Source: Candidatus Heimdallarchaeota archaeon
GTDB taxonomy: Archaea > Asgardarchaeota > Heimdallarchaeia > Heimdallarchaeales > Heimdallarchaeaceae
Direction of reading: 5' to 3'
DNA length: 64,000 bases
Assembly (NCBI GenBank): GCA_019057815.1
Contig: JAHLWR010000004.1
Coordinates: forward strand, 32,001-96,000
The position numbers and the translations under genes are program-made. Every line of letters begins with the position of its first letter. The stretch's first letter is position 1. The notes below the pieces were generated by a model, which saw only the letters and a list, made by a program, of their open reading frames with translations, was not told where the DNA came from and made no database searches. Of this stretch, positions 58,636-64,000 are shown piece after piece.

Positions 58636-59442
58636 ATGGACGAGTATATGGAGAAAAATCTCAAACGATGGAATGAAACATCTCAAATGCACGCAAAGTC
58701 CAAAGAGTATGATCTTGTAGGTTTCATAAAAGGTAGGAATAGTCTCTCTTCAATAGAGCTTAAAGCCTTGGGTAATGTTTCAGGAAAAACTCTTCTCCAC
58801 TTACAATGCCAATTCGGGATGGACACCTTATCTTGGGCTAGATTAGGTGCACAAGTAACAGGGGTGGATTTTTCAGATGTGGCAATAGATTTAGCAAATT
58901 CTATCAATGAAAAGTTAAAACTTCCAGCTAAATTTATCTGTACAAACATATATGATCTTCCTAAAGTTCTAGATGAACAGTTTGATGTCGTTTTCACTTC
59001 TTATGGTGTTCTTACTTGGTTACCTAACATCAAAAAATGGGCAGAAATTGTTTCCAAGTACCTCAAACCAAGTGGAATGTTCCTTATTGCAGAAATTCAT
59101 CCATTTACAGGAGTATTTGATGATGAACATCCATCAGAGTTAGTTTACAAATATCCTTATTTTCATAAAAAAACTCCAATGCATTTCAAATCTGAGTATA
59201 CTTATACTGACTCAGAGAAATTAGTAGAAAATGTAGATATGTACGAATGGCAACATAGTTTTTCAGATATTTTAGATTCTTTAATAAACGCTGGTCTTAC
59301 AATTCTACAAGTAAAAGAATATCCTTATACTTGCTTCCAACAATTCCCTTTTTCGAAGAAATGCGAAGATGGATTCTGGCGAATAGAGGATAATAAGTAT
59401 GAGATTCCACTAATGTTTTCAATAAAAGCTACTAAAAAGTAA
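58636..59442 (+). CDS. Class I SAM-dependent methyltransferase
   Basis: LLHLQCQFGMDT, GVDFS, FDVVFTSYGVL.WLP and YEWQH. Confidence 0.9.
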   Translation: MDEYMEKNLKRWNETSQMHAKSKEYDLVGFIKGRNSLSSIELKALGNVSGKTLLHLQCQFGMDTLSWARLGAQVTGVDFSDVAIDLANSINEKLKLPAKFICTNIYDLPKVLDEQFDVVFTSYGVLTWLPNIKKWAEIVSKYLKPSGMFLIAEIHPFTGVFDDEHPSELVYKYPYFHKKTPMHFKSEYTYTDSEKLVENVDMYEWQHSFSDILDSLINAGLTILQVKEYPYTCFQQFPFSKKCEDGFWRIEDNKYEIPLMFSIKATKK

Positions 59443-59526
59443 AGTGTTACTTTCATTAATATCTTACTAGATTTAAATGAGATAAAGTTTTAAGTGTAGT
59501 TTTTTGTTTTGTATTGGTCTTATGCG

Positions 59527-60192
59527 ATGTCGTATATCTTAATGAGAATATTTGAATCCTCCCCTAATAGATATGATAAGGGAATAGATATTCTTACATT
59601 AGGTAAAATGAGTAGAGTTTACAATAGAGTTATTGAACATATCAAAAAAGATCATAAAGTCCTTGATATAGGGTGTGGAACTGGAAGATTAGCACTACAA
59701 GCAGCTCTAAAAGGTGCAAAGGTTAAAGGTATAGACATCAATTCCCAGATGTTAGAAATAGCTAGAAAGCGTTGTAAAGAATTAAATTTAGTAGAAAAAG
59801 TCGATTTTGTTGAAATGGGAGTTGCAGAGTTAAATTCAGAATCGGATAATAGTTTTGATGTTGTGATGAGCACGTTATGTTTTTCAGAATTAAGCAATTT
59901 TGAGATCGATTACGCACTAATAGAAATCAGAAGGATTCTAAAACAAGATGGACTTCTACTGATTGCTGATGAAAATAAATCCAATAAAACTATCAAGAAA
60001 ATTATAAATTTCTCTTTAAAATTACCTTTGATTATTATTACTTATTTATTATCACAAACTACAACTAAGGCTGTAAAACAGCTTGAAAAAAGAGTAGAAG
60101 AGAAAGGTTTGAAATTGATATCAATTAAAAAAACATTCTTGGAGAATTTTATTGAAATAATAGCTCAAAAAGAAGGAAGCACTAATGAGTAG
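59527..60192 (+). CDS. cpaM: Corrinoid protein-associated methyltransferase (CpaM-like)
   Basis: YILMRIFESSPNRYDKGI..LTLG N-terminus, VLDIGCGTG and LCFSELS. Overlaps the HgcAB-like gene. Confidence 0.75.
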   Translation: MSYILMRIFESSPNRYDKGIDILTLGKMSRVYNRVIEHIKKDHKVLDIGCGTGRLALQAALKGAKVKGIDINSQMLEIARKRCKELNLVEKVDFVEMGVAELNSESDNSFDVVMSTLCFSELSNFEIDYALIEIRRILKQDGLLLIADENKSNKTIKKIINFSLKLPLIIITYLLSQTTTKAVKQLEKRVEEKGLKLISIKKTFLENFIEIIAQKEGSTNE

Positions 60193-61396
60193 AAAATATA
60201 TCAGTTGGGTAAATTACGTCATAATTAATGTTCTAGAAACTTTTATTCGATTCTTTCCATTTCCAACAAAAGTTGGAATAAATGAAATAGGGAAACCGAA
60301 TGAAGACTCACCTGTTTTTCTAACCGTGAATTATCATCTAACAGTTTTTAGAGTAAAAAGAGCTTTGAGGGGAGTTGATTGCTACTTACTAGTAGCAAAT
60401 AGTAAAGGCGTAAATGTTTGGTGTGCAGCAGCTGGAGGTCTTTTTACAGATCATGATGTTATTTCTATAATTAAAACTAGTGGGATAGAAGAAAAAGTTA
60501 AGCATAAAAAAGTGATACTTCCACAATTTGCAGCTGTTGGAGTGGAATCAAAAATAATTAGTAAAAAAACTGGTTGGAAAGTAATCTGGGGACCTGTTTA
60601 CGCTACTGATATTCCAAAATTCCTCGAAAAGAATTTCAAAAAAGAATCTTCTATGAAAAAAGTGAATTTCAATATAATACAGAGGGTTGAGATGGCTGTA
60701 GCTTGGGCTTTTCCAATATCTTTAATCATGGCAATTCCGTTTTTCATTTTTTGGTTAAAAGAAACACCTTATTTATTTGCAGAAGTATGGATTATGGCTT
60801 TGATTATATTTATTACATTTCCGATTTATGGTGATTGGTTATCAAACTATAAGAAAGGACGAGTTTCAAGAAACATTAGTAAAAAATTAATCTTAATCTG
60901 CATTTTCTGGGTGATTGGAGTACTACAATTTGTTGTAATTCTCACTCTATTAGAAAATAGGGATTGGATACAGTATGTTAAATGGGCTGCAGTGGTATTA
61001 ATCACAGTATTAGTTCTAGTTCTTGATTTGATGGGAAGCACTCCTATTTTCAAAAGTGATACTCATGAGGATAGGTTGTTGAAAGTTGTACTCGATAAGG
61101 AAAAATGCAAAGGAACCAATATCTGTGTAGATGTTTGTCCAAGAAATTGTTACGAACTTGATAAAGAAAGAAAAGTAATGACAATGCCACATCCTGAACG
61201 CTGTGTTCAATGTGGAGCATGTATTGTTCAATGTCCATATGATGCACTCTACTTCGAAAATACGAAAAAAGAAATAATAACTCCTGATATAGTAAGAAAA
61301 TATAAGCTTAATCTAATGGGAAAGCGTGAATATTGCTGTTTACCCTGTGCAATAAGTGATAATATAATAAATAGTAAGCATGAAAAAGATACATAA
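60185..61396 (+). CDS. Fused HgcAB-like protein (corrinoid domain, 4 TM helices, ferredoxin domain)
   Basis: SPVFLTVNY, GVNVWCAAAGG cap-helix motif, ILPQFAA.G, WGPV, CKGTNICVDVCP and CVQCGACIVQCP. Confidence 0.9.
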   Translation: MSRKYISWVNYVIINVLETFIRFFPFPTKVGINEIGKPNEDSPVFLTVNYHLTVFRVKRALRGVDCYLLVANSKGVNVWCAAAGGLFTDHDVISIIKTSGIEEKVKHKKVILPQFAAVGVESKIISKKTGWKVIWGPVYATDIPKFLEKNFKKESSMKKVNFNIIQRVEMAVAWAFPISLIMAIPFFIFWLKETPYLFAEVWIMALIIFITFPIYGDWLSNYKKGRVSRNISKKLILICIFWVIGVLQFVVILTLLENRDWIQYVKWAAVVLITVLVLVLDLMGSTPIFKSDTHEDRLLKVVLDKEKCKGTNICVDVCPRNCYELDKERKVMTMPHPERCVQCGACIVQCPYDALYFENTKKEIITPDIVRKYKLNLMGKREYCCLPCAISDNIINSKHEKDT

Positions 61397-61418
61397 GTGT
61401 TTTAATATTTGTAACCTC

Positions 61419-62306
61419 ATGTCAGATTATATTATTAAAAGTTATCAAGAAGATTTTATAGAAGAACAAGTAGCAGTAGGAACAGAGGTTCTAAAAGATT
61501 GGAGATTTTTCGGTCAAACATCAGCTGAAAGATTGAAAGAAACCTATTCAGCTGAGGACTTTGATCCAGAAACTAGGATTTACTGCTTCAAAGATGAAAA
61601 GATGGTAGGTTTTCTTACTGCTGCAGTAAGAGAAGTTGATGGAAAAAAACTTGGCTTCTTAAGATTTCCATACGTACTTCCAGAACATGAAAAAGTTGCA
61701 GATTTACTTTTTGAGAGAATTGAACAAGTTTTCAAGAAAAAAGGTATTAGCAAACTTCAAGGAGTAGCGGGAGAAATATGGGGAAGCACAATTGAACAAT
61801 CAAAGAAATGGGGTTTTAAAGAAATGGGAAATAGTTTCTCAGTATATACTCTAGATGTAAGTTCTGCTTCAGTCGACGCTAAGAATCAAGAAGATATTGT
61901 TGAATTTGAACATACTAGAGATGTTGAAAAGATGATTGAAATTTTCATGAATGAGTATGGACAATCAAGAGAAGCAGCTGAGTTAAATTTCAAAACTATA
62001 AAAGAATATGAAGGACCATTTATAGCTCACTATGTTGTTCATAAGGATGATACAATTGTTGCTAGAGCTTTTGCTCACGTAGCTGACCCAGAAGATCCAA
62101 CAATTGCGAATCAGGGAAACATGTATATAACTGACGAATCTTATCGCCAACCATTACAAGCTAAACTCATTAACAGCTGCAAAGAAGCTAAAATTAAAAC
62201 CCTACAAACGTATTTCAACCCACAGACCCAACATCTTATTGAGGCATCCGAGAAATTAGGTTTCAAATGCTCTGTAGAAACAAAACTCTTTGAAAAAGAA
62301 ATATAA
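61419..62306 (+). CDS. Tandem GNAT-like protein
   Basis: Two GNAT-like halves ending KKWGF and EKLGF; MVGFL strand. ATG at 61419 chosen as start. Confidence 0.65.
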   Translation: MSDYIIKSYQEDFIEEQVAVGTEVLKDWRFFGQTSAERLKETYSAEDFDPETRIYCFKDEKMVGFLTAAVREVDGKKLGFLRFPYVLPEHEKVADLLFERIEQVFKKKGISKLQGVAGEIWGSTIEQSKKWGFKEMGNSFSVYTLDVSSASVDAKNQEDIVEFEHTRDVEKMIEIFMNEYGQSREAAELNFKTIKEYEGPFIAHYVVHKDDTIVARAFAHVADPEDPTIANQGNMYITDESYRQPLQAKLINSCKEAKIKTLQTYFNPQTQHLIEASEKLGFKCSVETKLFEKEI

Positions 62307-62320
62307 GAATCTTTTTCATT

Positions 62321-64000
62321 TTACTCCTTTTTTGCATATGTCATAATAAATTCTTTTAATATTTCACTACTGGAATTCTCTTCTGGATCTGTTATATTCA
62401 CAGTTTTCAGACTAGTTTTCTTTAGTTGGAAAGTGTTAAAAGAGAAAGGAATAAGATCATTGTAATTATATGAAGGAACGGTAATTGAAGAGTTATAGAT
62501 GCTGTTTGTATAAACAGTGTTGTTAGCAACATAAAATGTTTCATTGTTCCATAAAGAATCCCCAGTATTTGGATTTGCTTCAAATCTAGGGAAGTTCGAG
62601 CTGGAGATGTCAATGCCAATCTTGTGATTTTCATTAAACAAGTATGCTGTGCTTTCTAGAGGGATTGAGAGAGTATATACTGTATCATTAGTTAGGAAAT
62701 CCCATTCTGATAAACTATTTCTGTTTCTAGCCCTTAAGACTGTGTCTGTAATAAGCATTGATGTTCCATCTGGGTAAACATCTGTTAGTTTCACAGTAAA
62801 ATCTGTATCAGTGCAATTTGAGCTTATGAAGAGTTGCACTTCTATTTTTCCTAGAACTACTAAAGGATTTTTAAGAACAGGAGAAGTAAAGACTAAGACA
62901 TCGTCTCTAAGTTCAACTTCTTGTTGATCGTAAGCTCCTCGATCAAGGTTTAGATTACCCCCACCGTTAGTTGGTACAGGATTAGAAGGATCATATAAAT
63001 ATGATATAAAACCTTCTGATTCACTAGGAGGAGTAGAGAGTAAACTTTGGTTAGGGTAGAAATAGTAATTGATATTTTCAGTTTCTAATGGCCAATCATT
63101 TGCTTGAAACCAATTATTACCAAGAGAACTTGGGTTATAGTCAATAGAGCTCATCAAATAGAAAGAAACAGTAGGTAACATATCCCAAAGGGTAGAGTTG
63201 CTGTTCAACCATTTATCGAATAAAGCATCTGTAAGACTGAAAATTGTGCTGAAATCTTGATTGGGATAGTCTAGTAAACCAGTTCTTTCTCCAAACATCC
63301 CTCCATGAACCCACGGTCCCATTACTAGTTTAGAATTACCTGCTGCTCCTACACCACCTTGATACTGATACCCTTGAAATGCTTCTATTGGACCATCAAC
63401 GAAAATATCATACCACCCACCAACATGAAGAGCTGGAGAATGTATGTCAGAGAAAATGTCCACAATACTTCCATCATTCCAGATTCCATTAGGCTTCTCA
63501 TTCTGCTTAATTATTTCAAGACTGTCTTCTGAGAAACCTTGCTGATCTAACCATGGTAAAATAAGCTCTCTCCTTAATTGTCCTCCTGTAAAAACTGCAT
63601 CATAACTATTAGGAGTGGCAACTATGGGAAGTTGGCATTTCAGAACTTCTGGTGCGTCGGGAGCTAATAAATATTGAGCGATACCTAAAGCTGAAGGTCC
63701 CCATGTACCAACACGACCGTTACACCATGCTTGTTCAGCAATCCAAAGTAAAATGTCATGCCCATCAGCTTTTTCTGTTAGAAAAGGTAAATCTACATAC
63801 CCTTCTGATTCTCCAAAACCTCTCATGTCTTGAATTATAATAATATGGCCTTTGAAAATAAAGCTAGCAAGAAATGAAAATATGTTTTTATCATATGGAG
63901 TTCGGATAAGTATAACAGAAGCAGGTTCAGAAAGATCCAATGGAACGAGAACATCTGTTGCTAGCTTAATTCCATCCCTCATTGGAACCATAAATGGAAC
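62321..64000 (-). CDS. CocE/NonD family hydrolase (probably 5'-truncated by the window edge)
   Basis: MRDGIKLATD, RTPY, QDMRG..SEG, WGPSALG nucleophile elbow, GGWYD, GPWVH and SSSNFPRF. Confidence 0.9.
   Translation of the reverse strand, partial: VPFMVPMRDGIKLATDVLVPLDLSEPASVILIRTPYDKNIFSFLASFIFKGHIIIIQDMRGFGESEGYVDLPFLTEKADGHDILLWIAEQAWCNGRVGTWGPSALGIAQYLLAPDAPEVLKCQLPIVATPNSYDAVFTGGQLRRELILPWLDQQGFSEDSLEIIKQNEKPNGIWNDGSIVDIFSDIHSPALHVGGWYDIFVDGPIEAFQGYQYQGGVGAAGNSKLVMGPWVHGGMFGERTGLLDYPNQDFSTIFSLTDALFDKWLNSNSTLWDMLPTVSFYLMSSIDYNPSSLGNNWFQANDWPLETENINYYFYPNQSLLSTPPSESEGFISYLYDPSNPVPTNGGGNLNLDRGAYDQQEVELRDDVLVFTSPVLKNPLVVLGKIEVQLFISSNCTDTDFTVKLTDVYPDGTSMLITDTVLRARNRNSLSEWDFLTNDTVYTLSIPLESTAYLFNENHKIGIDISSSNFPRFEANPNTGDSLWNNETFYVANNTVYTNSIYNSSITVPSYNYNDLIPFSFNTFQLKKTSLKTVNITDPEENSSSEILKEFIMTYAKKE

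Noticed and set aside
228-63840. Numerous short antisense or nested ORFs in the six-frame track (e.g. 4274-4603, 13145-13534, 35372-35776, 52428-52805)
   Set aside because: They overlap well-supported genes on the opposite strand or in another frame and show no recognisable motifs.

Overview
AT-rich archaeal chromosomal window, probably from an Asgard (Heimdallarchaeia-like) organism. This is inferred from archaeal core genes (UPF0200/UPF0201, thpR-cca, archaemetzincin, aIF-2B-like) plus longin-like and C2H2 domains. It holds about 50 CDS, and I recognised no rRNA, tRNA or CRISPR array. Highlights: (1) a 1,420-bp TnpB-only element (8722-10141) with 15-bp subterminal inverted repeats and a 3-bp ATG repeat at both junctions, which splits an aspartoacylase-family gene, plus a protein-free omegaRNA-like relic at about 3337-3775. 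(2) Apparent pseudoenzymes: a CCA-adding enzyme lacking catalytic residues, an NAD kinase-wHTH fusion lacking the GGDG aspartate and divergent from nadAC (candidate NAD-sensing regulator), and a divergent IscS. (3) A roughly 20-kb surface-protein island: two translationally coupled giant genes (TSP3-like repeats, 2068 aa; FG-GAP propellers, 2648 aa) bracketed by inverted paralogous beta-helix gene units that share non-coding ends, next to a serine recombinase. (4) A CpaM-like methyltransferase with a fused HgcAB-like corrinoid/ferredoxin protein that has a C-terminal CCxxC. (5) Eukaryote-like signalling or trafficking architectures (7TM-longin, REC-longin-like, RHH-C2H2, p24/GOLD-like, NIPA-like). 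All calls come from reading motifs by eye; no searches were run.
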